From Candidatus Hadarchaeales archaeon (GTDB lineage: Archaea > Hadarchaeota > Hadarchaeia > Hadarchaeales > Hadarchaeaceae), in contig JAVZGN010000001.1 in assembly GCA_038872135.1 (NCBI GenBank), positions 147 to 64,146 on the forward strand: a DNA stretch of 64,000 nucleotides. The letters are read 5' to 3'. The notes beneath the pieces are model-generated. The model did not search any database. It had not been told where the DNA came from and saw only the letters and a list, made by a program, of their open reading frames with translations. Of the stretch, positions 26,175 to 34,751 are shown one piece after another (the stretch's first letter is position 1; every line of letters begins with the position of its first letter). The translations under genes were made by a program, and so were the position numbers.

Positions 26175-27104
26175 ATGCTCAGATGTAGCCTTTGTGGTAG
26201 AAGGGCAGTTTATCACCAGAGATACTCCGGCATATACCTCTGCGACAGGTGTTTTGTGAAGGGGTTTGAGCGCAGGTTCAGAAGAGCTGTAGCAAAAGAG
26301 CATCTTGTTGTTCCGGGGGAAAAGATTGCAGTTGCTGTTTCTGGTGGGAAGGACAGCGTTACCTGCATGCACCTCCTAGCAGAGTACTGCAAGAGAAAAA
26401 ACTGCGAGGTGGTTGCAATAACGGTTGACGAGGGAATAGAGGGGTATAGGGAAAAGTCGCTGGAGGTAGCAAGGAAAAATGCTGAGCTCCTGGGGATCGA
26501 ACACCACGTTATAAGCTTTCAGAAAGAGTTTGGGATAACCCTGGATGAGATGATAAAAAGGGCTGTAGAGAAAAAAACTGGGCTAGGGCCATGCACCTAC
26601 TGCGGAATTCTTCGGCGCTCTCTTCTAAACAAAGCCGCCAAGAGAGTCGGGGCAAACAAGGTTGCTACCGCACATAATTTAGATGATGAAGCTCAGGCGA
26701 TAATGCTCAACTACATCAGGGGGGACCTTGCTAGGCTTTACCGCCTTGGTCCAGCTTACGCACCGCTTGAGGGATTTGTTCCCAGGATAAAACCTCTCCG
26801 GGAAATTCCAGAGAAAGAAATAGCTCTTTACGCGTTTCTGAAAGGAATAGAGGTAGATTTAAGCACATGCCCATATCGGGGAGAAATCCATTCAGAGGTC
26901 CGCGATTTTTTAAATAGGCTGGAGGAAAACCACCCAAACTCAAAATTCATGGTTGTGAGGATGTTTGATAAAATGAAACCGCATCTTGAAAAAATCGTGC
27001 CAGAGTTCATCCCAAAAAGATGTACTGTGTGTGGAGAACCGACATCAGTTGAAAAATGCAAATCGTGTGAGCTTCTAACAGAACTGGATTTGTGTAAAGA
27101 TTGA
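26175..27104 (+). CDS. tRNA 2-thiolation protein (TtuA/NcsA PP-loop ATPase family)
   Basis: It has the PP-loop AVAVSGGKDS, N-terminal (CSLCGRRA...CDRC) and C-terminal (CTVCGE...CKSC) zinc fingers, and the 4Fe-4S-ligating Cys. Confidence 0.8.
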   Translation: MLRCSLCGRRAVYHQRYSGIYLCDRCFVKGFERRFRRAVAKEHLVVPGEKIAVAVSGGKDSVTCMHLLAEYCKRKNCEVVAITVDEGIEGYREKSLEVARKNAELLGIEHHVISFQKEFGITLDEMIKRAVEKKTGLGPCTYCGILRRSLLNKAAKRVGANKVATAHNLDDEAQAIMLNYIRGDLARLYRLGPAYAPLEGFVPRIKPLREIPEKEIALYAFLKGIEVDLSTCPYRGEIHSEVRDFLNRLEENHPNSKFMVVRMFDKMKPHLEKIVPEFIPKRCTVCGEPTSVEKCKSCELLTELDLCKD

Positions 27105-27870
27105 ATGGTGTCGTGCAACACTCACCTTTGGATGGCTCTTGAAGATTGAATGGCTTCCACCAATGTTAAAAATCAAGTTCAGGTGAAATGGTCAGGGTTA
27201 TTATAATATAGATGGGAATCGTTAATGATTTTTGATGTTATCGCAAATTACACAGATACTCTTTAAAATACATGGTTATCTCTCAAGCGTCAGGATTAAA
27301 GTTCCTCCCATTACCAATACCCGCAAAAATAAACTATTTTGACATCCCGAGAAAAATATGAAATAGAAGTCAAAAAGAGATTGGAGTCCTACATCAAGCC
27401 GGGGTCAATATTTTTAGATATCGGCGCTTACAGTACTCCCGCAAGTATTTTTCCCCTCAAATAGAGAATAGAATGGCTTAGGATGAGAGGGAGAGGTGGC
27501 CGCGCCAAACAAGGTAGGTGTGGCATCCTTTGAACTGTCTGCAGATGCTTTTCATAGTCAGAAAGAGCATTTCGGTTTTTGATGCTCACAGAAGATCAGC
27601 GATGGGTCCTCTTCGAGGCCACGTCTGGATGCATACGCAGGACTACTGGTCGAGATGGTGCGCCAGACAGTAACCAACCACAGCTTTCTCCCTTTTGGAT
27701 GCACCTACCACATCCTGACTTTGAGGGTAAGGAAGCCAACCGAAGGAGCTCATTCATCACCGCAACGCTTCTCATTTTTCATTTCCCGCCTTTCATTCAA
27801 CTAGGCAAGCTGGCCTCGTTATTCTAAGTTTGTAACATCACTCCGTGGAGGTGAATGTTTCTTCAGCACT

Positions 27871-28113
27871 TTATTTCCGAAAGCTTAGCCACTCTTTTAT
27901 CTCTTGGACTTCCGGCACCCTTCCACTCACCTTTAACTCACCGTCTATCACCACGGCGGGGCTATCAATAATGCCCCTCATAACCGCTTTTTTCTGGTCA
28001 TATACATGAATCACCTCTGCCTTGATGCCAAGCTCTTTGATCGCTTGTTTGCAGTTCTCTTCCGTTTTTTTGCATTTTGGGCACCCCACACCGAAAACCT
28101 CTATTTTTATCAT
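27871..28113 (-). CDS. thioredoxin-fold redox-active disulfide protein (small, CPKC active site)
   Basis: The 80-aa product has the motif KIEVFGVGCPKCKK. It pairs with the adjacent DUF318 permease, which is a common arrangement. Confidence 0.7.
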   Translation of the reverse strand: MIKIEVFGVGCPKCKKTEENCKQAIKELGIKAEVIHVYDQKKAVMRGIIDSPAVVIDGELKVSGRVPEVQEIKEWLSFRK

Positions 28114-28134
28114 CTTATCACCTCCTCATATTTC

Positions 28135-29169
28135 TCACAATCCTCCAATAAAAATCATGTAAAGGGACCCTGCTACAAAGGCCCAGACTACCGCGAGCAA
28201 CGCGTATGTTAAAACAGTTTTTCGGCCTATTACCTTCGAGACACCGAGCATGGAGGGAATGGATGTCATCGGGCCACCGAGCATGAAGGCAAGAGCCGCA
28301 GCAGGAGCCATTCCAGCATTGATCAGCGTTTTTACTAAGAAGACTTCAACTAGGGTCGGCGTGTAGAATGGAACGCCAATGATAGCACCCAAGAAAACGC
28401 CCAAGACTCCGGTAAAGCAAGTCGCCACAACAGTAGTAGGCAAATATGCATCGATAAAACTCACAGCCGCAATACCCAAAAGAAGATATGGCAAGACCAT
28501 TCTCACCAGTGTGTACGCTTCTTTCAAGGAATTTGCAGACTTTTCCCAAAAATCCATCTTGACCATTCCTGCCGCTTTTGCTATTGATATCTTAGAGAAT
28601 TTTTCTCCGACGGCTTTTCCCCAAGGGGTCTTCGCGACGACGAACCCTATCAGGACAGCACCGAAAAAAGCAGAGACATAACGAGCCCCGGCCAACACTG
28701 GCGAGATAAGTTCCGAGGTGAACACGATACCGATGAAGTTCGCGGCGGGGGCCATCAACAGGAACGATATGGCGGGGCCTATGCCTGCGCCAGCCATCAT
28801 GATACCTGCAAATACAGGGATCATTGCGCAAGAGCATACTACCAAGACCGAAGCCAGCAGCGCTGCTAAAACATACGATCTCATGCTCATGCTCGAAAGG
28901 TACTTATTCATCTTTTCGCGGGAGACGAAACTTTCTATGACCCCTGCAAGTGTAAAAGCGAACAAAAAAGGACCCCACACCCTGGTGATGTAACTTGCTA
29001 TGTAGACGAACGGGATTAAAATCGGGTTGTAAGATTTTAGGTCCCCATAATTGTAAACTGGGAAAAGCGGGTGGCCGGTGACCCTAGAGTAGACAATTGT
29101 AAACAAACCGAAGAAAAGAAAGCCCCACGCCAGTATAGCTAGAACGGTTTTCTTGCGTGGCATGCTCAA
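28135..29169 (-). CDS. DUF318/ArsP-like permease
   Basis: It is polytopic and carries the conserved membrane-embedded CxC motif (VVCSCAMIP). Confidence 0.65.
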   Translation of the reverse strand: MSMPRKKTVLAILAWGFLFFGLFTIVYSRVTGHPLFPVYNYGDLKSYNPILIPFVYIASYITRVWGPFLFAFTLAGVIESFVSREKMNKYLSSMSMRSYVLAALLASVLVVCSCAMIPVFAGIMMAGAGIGPAISFLLMAPAANFIGIVFTSELISPVLAGARYVSAFFGAVLIGFVVAKTPWGKAVGEKFSKISIAKAAGMVKMDFWEKSANSLKEAYTLVRMVLPYLLLGIAAVSFIDAYLPTTVVATCFTGVLGVFLGAIIGVPFYTPTLVEVFLVKTLINAGMAPAAALAFMLGGPMTSIPSMLGVSKVIGRKTVLTYALLAVVWAFVAGSLYMIFIGGL

Positions 29170-29483
29170 CTATCCCCACTATCTTGAAGTTTCATCAGGG
29201 CTTCCCTCCCAGTCATCCCCTTTGCGACACCCAGCGCTCTAGCCTTTGACGTGCAGGATTCTATCTTCGCTTCTAGGGCATCCTCAATTTTTGTTAGACC
29301 TTTTACTCTGGCTGCAGTGACATTGCGTTCATCTAAAGCGTCCATGTCAAAGCTTCTGCAGACAATCAATCCTTTCTTAGCTATTAACCCGATGATGGCT
29401 GGGATTTCGGGAAAATCCGGATTTCCGATTTTCACCCCAACAACGGTCGTCCCGTTTATTTCAACAGGTATTATCTCTATCAT
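29166..29483 (-). CDS. hypothetical protein
   Basis: The 105-aa soluble product is 4-nt coupled upstream of the permease. It has no recognisable motif. Confidence 0.35.
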   Translation of the reverse strand: MIEIIPVEINGTTVVGVKIGNPDFPEIPAIIGLIAKKGLIVCRSFDMDALDERNVTAARVKGLTKIEDALEAKIESCTSKARALGVAKGMTGREALMKLQDSGDS

Positions 29484-29577
29484 GATTGCCCCCGCGAGCT
29501 TTTTTACACACAGATCTCATTTTAACTACAAATAGAAACATATATATGTATTTTCGTTACAAATTGTAATAGATGCT

Positions 29578-30138
29578 ATGGATGATATCGATAAGAAAAT
29601 AATATCCTTCCTTCAAGAGGATGGACGGATCTCTCTTTCTGAAATAGGTCAGAAAGTGGGGCTCTCCCACGTAAGTGTAAGAAAAAGATTAAAAAATCTC
29701 TGTGAAAGTCTGGTTAAGGTTTCTGCTGGCCTTAACGCTGAGCAGCTTGCTCTCCATATTGCTATCGTGAACGCCGAAGTAGAAACACATGAACGCCTCC
29801 AGGAACTCATAGATATATTTTCAAAATGTCCGAGAATAGTGTTCGTGACCACCACGACGGGTGCCTACAACATGATGACGATAATGGTTGCGGAAGACGC
29901 CGACACCTTAAACGCAATTTTAGAGGTCTGCTCTGTACGAGCACAAAGAGGCATCAGACGGTCGGAAGCAGTCATAGGAGAAGCACCCGCAGTCCCAAGG
30001 TACCTCCCGATCAAAATTGTTCCCAATAAAGAAATGGAAGTAGCCCCATGTGGAATCAACTGTGGAAAATGTTCACGTTATAAAAATCAAAAATGCCTCG
30101 GTTGCCCTGCGACCAAGCATTATCGCGGTCCTCTTTGA
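29578..30138 (+). CDS. Lrp/AsnC-family transcription regulator with an extra C-terminal Cys-rich domain
   Basis: It has an N-terminal HTH (ISFLQEDGRISLSEIGQKVGLSHVSVRKRL) and an AsnC-type C-domain. A CGINCGKCSRYKNQKCLGCP tail follows. Confidence 0.65.
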   Translation: MDDIDKKIISFLQEDGRISLSEIGQKVGLSHVSVRKRLKNLCESLVKVSAGLNAEQLALHIAIVNAEVETHERLQELIDIFSKCPRIVFVTTTTGAYNMMTIMVAEDADTLNAILEVCSVRAQRGIRRSEAVIGEAPAVPRYLPIKIVPNKEMEVAPCGINCGKCSRYKNQKCLGCPATKHYRGPL

Positions 30139-30249
30139 ATTTCTTGCTATGCTGATGGATCGAGCAGCGAATTCCCAGAAATGGTGATCAGATCGCTATC
30201 CCCAAGCCAGCTTTTCCTTCAAGCTTCAGGGAACAGTTCTGTGATTTTT

Positions 30250-30825
30250 TCTTATTGACGGTACAGTGGGCGGGCGCGATCAGGTCTAATCCCCATAATA
30301 TCACAAATTTTCAAAGCCGTGCATCCCGCCCGCGACACCTCGTATCTTCCCAAACTTTAAAGCCACAGAGAAAATATTTCGAACTCCCGGATGAGAACAC
30401 CCGACGATGACTGCCAACCCATTGCCTGTTTTCACAACATGGATTGTTTCTTGATCCCTTTGCCCAGTTCACCGTGGTCCAGACCCCCTTCCGTATCTTC
30501 CGGGCGTATTTTAGTTCGTGCAGATCAAAGCGGGAGGCCAGCTCCTTTCTCATGCTTTGAAAAAGATTGGAGAGCGTATACTTCTAAATCCCGCCTTTGT
30601 ATGCGATGCAAGTCTCCGAGGCGATCCCAGTGCGAGTGAGAAATGACCGCTCTCTTTATTTCCTCCAGATGGACCCCAAGTTCGAGAGTAATATGTTTCC
30701 ATCCCGTCCAGTATCGAACAGTATTTTCTCGTCCTTGAACTCGAGCAGGCGGGAAAGCCCCAACCCTTTTCGAATCCCGGCTTCGCTTCGTTGTCATAAA
30801 TGATTTTCAGTTTCATTTCCATCAC
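30250..30825 (-). pseudogene. frameshifted remnant of an MBL-fold metallo-hydrolase
   Basis: The N-terminal piece (MKLKIIYDNEAKPGFEKGWGF) is in one frame. The HxHxDH-like piece (ISHSHWDRLGDL) is in another. Further fragments lie downstream. No intact ORF spans them. Confidence 0.4.
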
Positions 30826-31108
30826 ACCTGAGGCTCAATTGAGATTGGCAGGCTCATTAACTCAAGTGCCCAGCTCCTCGGGCGGTGAAGGCTTGGACGC
30901 AAAGATTGGGGGACGGCGCTCGACAAGCATGCTAGCCACCTTATTCTTAGCGTTCTGGCATGGAGGCTGCTGAATGGTTCCATTCTTTCCTCACGTTCCT
31001 CACGCGTATATCTTTTTATGATCCAGAGGGGAGCACGTTGAAAAAATTTAGAGAACAAAAATAATCCCTTTTCTGCCGTCTGAATGCGCATGAAGATTAT
31101 TATCGATT

Positions 31109-31116
31109 GTTTTATA
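31109..31116 (+). promoter_or_regulatory. TATA box (TTTATA) for the SRP RNA / tRNA-Ser transcription unit
   Basis: An A/T-rich box lies about 22-28 nt upstream of the predicted SRP RNA 5' end. Confidence 0.45.
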
Positions 31117-31137
31117 CAGTCTGAAAGCGATGTTCAA

Positions 31138-31458
31138 TCGGCGACGGGCTACGGCGGGCGGCTACCCCTCGCCTATCAACCACAAATGGGGTTCACGGTG
31201 GGCCGAAGCAGGAGGGCGGTGTCTGCAACCGTGCGCCTGCTCCGGTTACCGGCGTGGAAGTCTCGTCCCGCTGGGCCGGTGGTGGTGGGGCCTCGGTCGT
31301 AGGATCGAGGAGAACCACCTTTGCCTGCTGAACCCGGCCAGGACCGGAAGGTAGCAGCCGTAGGCAGGACACTGGGCGCTGGCGGCAAACGGGACGGAGC
31401 CAAGGGGCCGGGTGTGGGTGTGCGGGGAGGGCATCAACTTCCTGCGGCCCGTCGCCTC
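31138..31458 (+). ncRNA. signal recognition particle RNA (7S/SRP RNA)
   Basis: The roughly 320-nt GC-rich segment contains the conserved helix-8 motif GCCAGGACCGGAAGGTAGCAGCC. Its 5' end (GGCGACGGGC) pairs perfectly with its 3' end (GCCCGTCGCC). All ORFs in this segment are GC-rich artefacts. Confidence 0.7.
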
Positions 31459-31459
31459 C

Positions 31460-31548
31460 GCCGGGGTGCCCCAGCCAGGTACGGGGCGGGGTTGCTAACC
31501 CCGTTGCGCGTAAGCGCTTCCAGGGTTCAAATCCCTGCCCCGGCGCCA
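31460..31548 (+). tRNA. tRNA-Ser (anticodon GCT), type II with a long variable arm and encoded CCA
   Basis: The acceptor stem is GCCGGGG/CCCCGGC and the anticodon loop is TTGCTAA. The variable arm is GCGC-GTAA-GCGC and the T-loop is TTCAAAT. The 3' end is GCCA. Confidence 0.85.
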
Positions 31549-32666
31549 CTCAAAATTTCTAGGACCAACTCCTCGCATCGTTGAATATTTTTCCTCGCGT
31601 CAAAATTTTCGATCGCATGTTTTCGTGCGTTCCTTCCCAGCCTTCTTCGCAGGCTCTCGTCTTTTAGAATTCTTATGATAGCTTCTGCAAGAGCGTTTGA
31701 ATTTTTTTCCTGTACCAAGATTCCAGTTTTTCCATTCAAAACATATTCTGGGATCCCACCACAAAATGTGGAGACAACGGGCGTTCCGCAAGCCATGCTT
31801 TGAATGTTGACCATCCCCACCTGCTCCTCAAATTTTCTAGTGGTTATAGATGGAGTGACGGTCAGCCGGGCGGCCCTGAAGTATTTTGGCATGTCTTCAT
31901 TTTTCACGACACCAAGCAGGATGACGTCTTTTTCAAGCCTGTGAGCTTTTGCGTAATCCACGATCAGAGGGCGGAGGGATCCATCCCCAGCGATCACAAG
32001 CTTGACATCTTTTACGGCCCGTTTCACTTCTTTAAATGCTGGAAGGAGATATCTGATTCCCTTATGTTCTTCAAGGAGTCCTGCAAAGAAAATTGCCCGC
32101 CCAAAATCCGGTTCCTCGCCGGTTTTCGTTGGTGTGAATTTATTGATGTCAACGCCCCAAGTTCCCCACATCAGGCGCTTTAACTTCTCTTCATTAATGC
32201 CAACCTCCAACAAATTTCTTTTTGCCCTGCTATTCAGATAAATCACAGCTCGGGCGTGGGAAGCATAGAATTTGAGATAGATTTTCAAAAAGGGTGCGAA
32301 CACCCCAAACTTTATTTCAGGGGGGCGTTGTTCAAGCATGGGGAAGAACATTGGAACATCCAAAATCTTTGACATAAGAAAACTTGCGGCACAGGCGGGA
32401 AAAGTGAGAGGAAAACCATATGGCTCCGATCCCTGAATGATGTTTGGAGAGCATTCCTTTAATTTTTTGCAGAGATCGAAAAAACTGGAGTATCTAATAA
32501 GGCCTTTGAATTCCTCTGGTTTGAAATCTCGATAGGGTGCTCGATGGTAGAAATGAATGACTTCCACTTTTTTAAAATATTTTGCTGGCTCTACAACATC
32601 TCGTCTCACATCTGTACTTATTATCGCCATCTTTGGTTTCATCAAACTTCTCTCCTTTTCTCCCAT
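31527..32666 (-). CDS. glycosyltransferase family 4 (GT1 fold)
   Basis: It has GT4 motifs (EEHKGIRYL and CGTPVVSTFCGGIPEYV). Its 3' end overlaps the tRNA-Ser 3' end convergently by about 22 nt. Confidence 0.75.
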   Translation of the reverse strand: MGEKERSLMKPKMAIISTDVRRDVVEPAKYFKKVEVIHFYHRAPYRDFKPEEFKGLIRYSSFFDLCKKLKECSPNIIQGSEPYGFPLTFPACAASFLMSKILDVPMFFPMLEQRPPEIKFGVFAPFLKIYLKFYASHARAVIYLNSRAKRNLLEVGINEEKLKRLMWGTWGVDINKFTPTKTGEEPDFGRAIFFAGLLEEHKGIRYLLPAFKEVKRAVKDVKLVIAGDGSLRPLIVDYAKAHRLEKDVILLGVVKNEDMPKYFRAARLTVTPSITTRKFEEQVGMVNIQSMACGTPVVSTFCGGIPEYVLNGKTGILVQEKNSNALAEAIIRILKDESLRRRLGRNARKHAIENFDARKNIQRCEELVLEILSGAGAGI

Positions 32667-32735
32667 GAAATATTTTTACTATCCTAACAAATTCTTGTAG
32701 TGGCCCTATTTTAGATGCAACCAGCTCGATGTTAT

Positions 32736-33554
32736 TCAAATTTCCTTTTTCCCCCTGATGTATCTCCTGTAGGCCGCATCGACGGCCATGGCACTCTTGG
32801 AAAGGATCTTGTGAGACGTCAGGGAAGAGAAGTATCTTATTTCCTTTGGTAGGCAATGCCCGCCGATTCCGTCTCGGGCTTCCAGAATTTCAATATTCCA
32901 TTTTGTGTTGCAGGCTTCTCTCACTTCTTCAAATTTTAACCCAAGCTCTTCACACACCATTCTCATTTCTTCTGCAAATGCAATCTGGACATATCTATAG
33001 GCATTTTCGGCAACTTTTGCCATCTCAGCTACTTCGATCCGTGAAACCGGAAAGAGGGGGATCTTCAACCTGTCTCTGTAGAACCTGATACCTGCTTTCA
33101 GACTTCTCGCATTTATTCCTCCAATTACTCTTAATTGCTTCACACCATGTTTGAGGGGCTCTTTCGCCCAATATCGGTGTGGAACATGAACGAGGAGTCC
33201 TCTGCCCTCAAAGAAATTATAAACCTTCTTGCATGTACCAGGAATGATTGTGCTTTCAATTGAGATCAACGTATCCCTTTTCGACTTACCGGCAATCTTT
33301 TCACAGACATCAAAAACTGGTCCGAGGTCGGGTTCATCTTTTTTCAGCAACGTGCTTACACATATCACATAAACATCGGCCGGCGTAACTTCCTCCCATT
33401 TAACTACGGCAGGTATGCCGTTCTTCTTTGCCCGTTCCACAGCAGCCGCGCTTATATCATAGCCCTGAACGGAAAATCCCCGTTTAGCGATATACTTCGC
33501 TGTGGGAAGCCCTATTTCACCTAGCCCTAATACACATACTCTCATAGATGTCAA
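32736..33554 (-). CDS. UDP-sugar 6-dehydrogenase family protein, short form lacking the C-terminal UDP-binding domain
   Basis: It has the N-terminal Rossmann motif VLGLGEIGLP and a central domain with AEMAKVAENAYRYVQIAFAEE and the catalytic-Cys motif GGHCLPKE. At 272 aa it ends early. Confidence 0.6.
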   Translation of the reverse strand: MTSMRVCVLGLGEIGLPTAKYIAKRGFSVQGYDISAAAVERAKKNGIPAVVKWEEVTPADVYVICVSTLLKKDEPDLGPVFDVCEKIAGKSKRDTLISIESTIIPGTCKKVYNFFEGRGLLVHVPHRYWAKEPLKHGVKQLRVIGGINARSLKAGIRFYRDRLKIPLFPVSRIEVAEMAKVAENAYRYVQIAFAEEMRMVCEELGLKFEEVREACNTKWNIEILEARDGIGGHCLPKEIRYFSSLTSHKILSKSAMAVDAAYRRYIRGKKEI

Positions 33555-33611
33555 TGAATTACAGATTTTTGGGTATTTATCTGTTTTTTAGGGTTAAAGA
33601 AAAAAATCGAA

Positions 33612-34643
33612 TCAGACCTGAGGAGCAATGTAGGCTTTAAACCATTCAGCGGTTTTGCTCAGTCCTTTTTCCAAGCTCGTTCGCGGCGACCACCCCAAGA
33701 GTTTCCTTGCTTTCGTTATGTCCGGGCATCTGCGTTTCGGATCTCCAGGTGGCAATGGAGCAAAAGAAACATCTAGAGCAGCGCCAGTGATTTTTTTCAC
33801 GATTTCTGCCAGGTCAAGTATTCTTATTTCCTCGTTGTTTCCGATGTTTACAACTTCTCCCTTAGCTTTTTCAGATGTTAAAAGTAGGAGCAATCCTTCT
33901 ATTTCATCGGCCACATAGACAAATGATCTGGTCTGGCTTCCATCTCCAAATACCGTTAGTGGTTTTCCGGTGAGGGCTTGCGCGATGAACCGCGGAACAA
34001 CCCTACCGTAGATTCCATCGGCTCTCATCCGCGGCCCATATGTATTGAAAATCCTGCTTATCCTGACGTCTACATTGAACTCTTTTAGATAGGCCCGCGC
34101 CAGTGCCTCGCCAGTTCGCTTCGATTCTTCGTAAGCACTTCTTGGACCCACTGGATCAACATTCCCGGTATAAGTTTCTGGCGTTGGGACGACAAGTGGA
34201 TCACCATAGACCTCGCTAGTGGAGGTGAAGAGAAACTTAGCCCCGCTTTTTCTCGCTATTTCTAAGGCATTCTCAGTCCCCCGCGTGTTTGCTTTTATTA
34301 TCTCGATAGGAAATTTCTCCAACTCAAAGGGAGAAGCCCTGCTTGCGGCATGAATGACGAAATCAAATTTTTCCTTGAGAGGTATCGGCTGTGAAACATC
34401 GTGCTCTATGAGCCTGAAATTTTTGTGGGAGAGTAAATGAGAAATGTTTGATTTCAGACCGCTGGCAAAATTGTCTAAGCACCATACCTTGGCTCCATCT
34501 TTGATTAGCACATCGCATATCCAGGAGCCCAAAAACCCCGCCCCGCCTGTTATCAACACCCGTCTATCCTCGAAAGTTACCCCCTTCGCCCTTAACCTTC
34601 GGCGGATCTCCTCCACATCTTCTTCTATCTTTGGGTCTCTCAT
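33612..34643 (-). CDS. NAD-dependent epimerase/dehydratase, UDP-glucuronate decarboxylase (UXS)-like
   Basis: It has the motif VLITGGAGFLGSWICDVL and a YxxxK catalytic region. It is typical of the extended SDR family. Confidence 0.75.
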   Translation of the reverse strand: MRDPKIEEDVEEIRRRLRAKGVTFEDRRVLITGGAGFLGSWICDVLIKDGAKVWCLDNFASGLKSNISHLLSHKNFRLIEHDVSQPIPLKEKFDFVIHAASRASPFELEKFPIEIIKANTRGTENALEIARKSGAKFLFTSTSEVYGDPLVVPTPETYTGNVDPVGPRSAYEESKRTGEALARAYLKEFNVDVRISRIFNTYGPRMRADGIYGRVVPRFIAQALTGKPLTVFGDGSQTRSFVYVADEIEGLLLLLTSEKAKGEVVNIGNNEEIRILDLAEIVKKITGAALDVSFAPLPPGDPKRRCPDITKARKLLGWSPRTSLEKGLSKTAEWFKAYIAPQV

Positions 34644-34751
34644 GCTTTTTCTATATGTCTGTAGGGGCTAAAATAGATATCGAGAACCAAGCGATTTCTC
34701 GTGCAATCTCCGCCGTGTTTATTTAAGTGGGCGAGAAGTAATTTAGAAACA

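Noticed and set aside
27579-27827. 82-aa ORF in the A/T-rich ORF-poor region
   Set aside because: It has no ribosome-binding site, an odd composition (many Phe/His/Pro from A/T-rich codons), and a convergent-terminator context. It is more likely non-coding.
31084-31584. Six overlapping ORFs (72-118 aa) on both strands in a very GC-rich stretch
   Set aside because: The stretch is the SRP RNA plus tRNA-Ser locus. The ORFs are stop-codon-poor artefacts of GC-rich structured RNA and have no protein-like composition.
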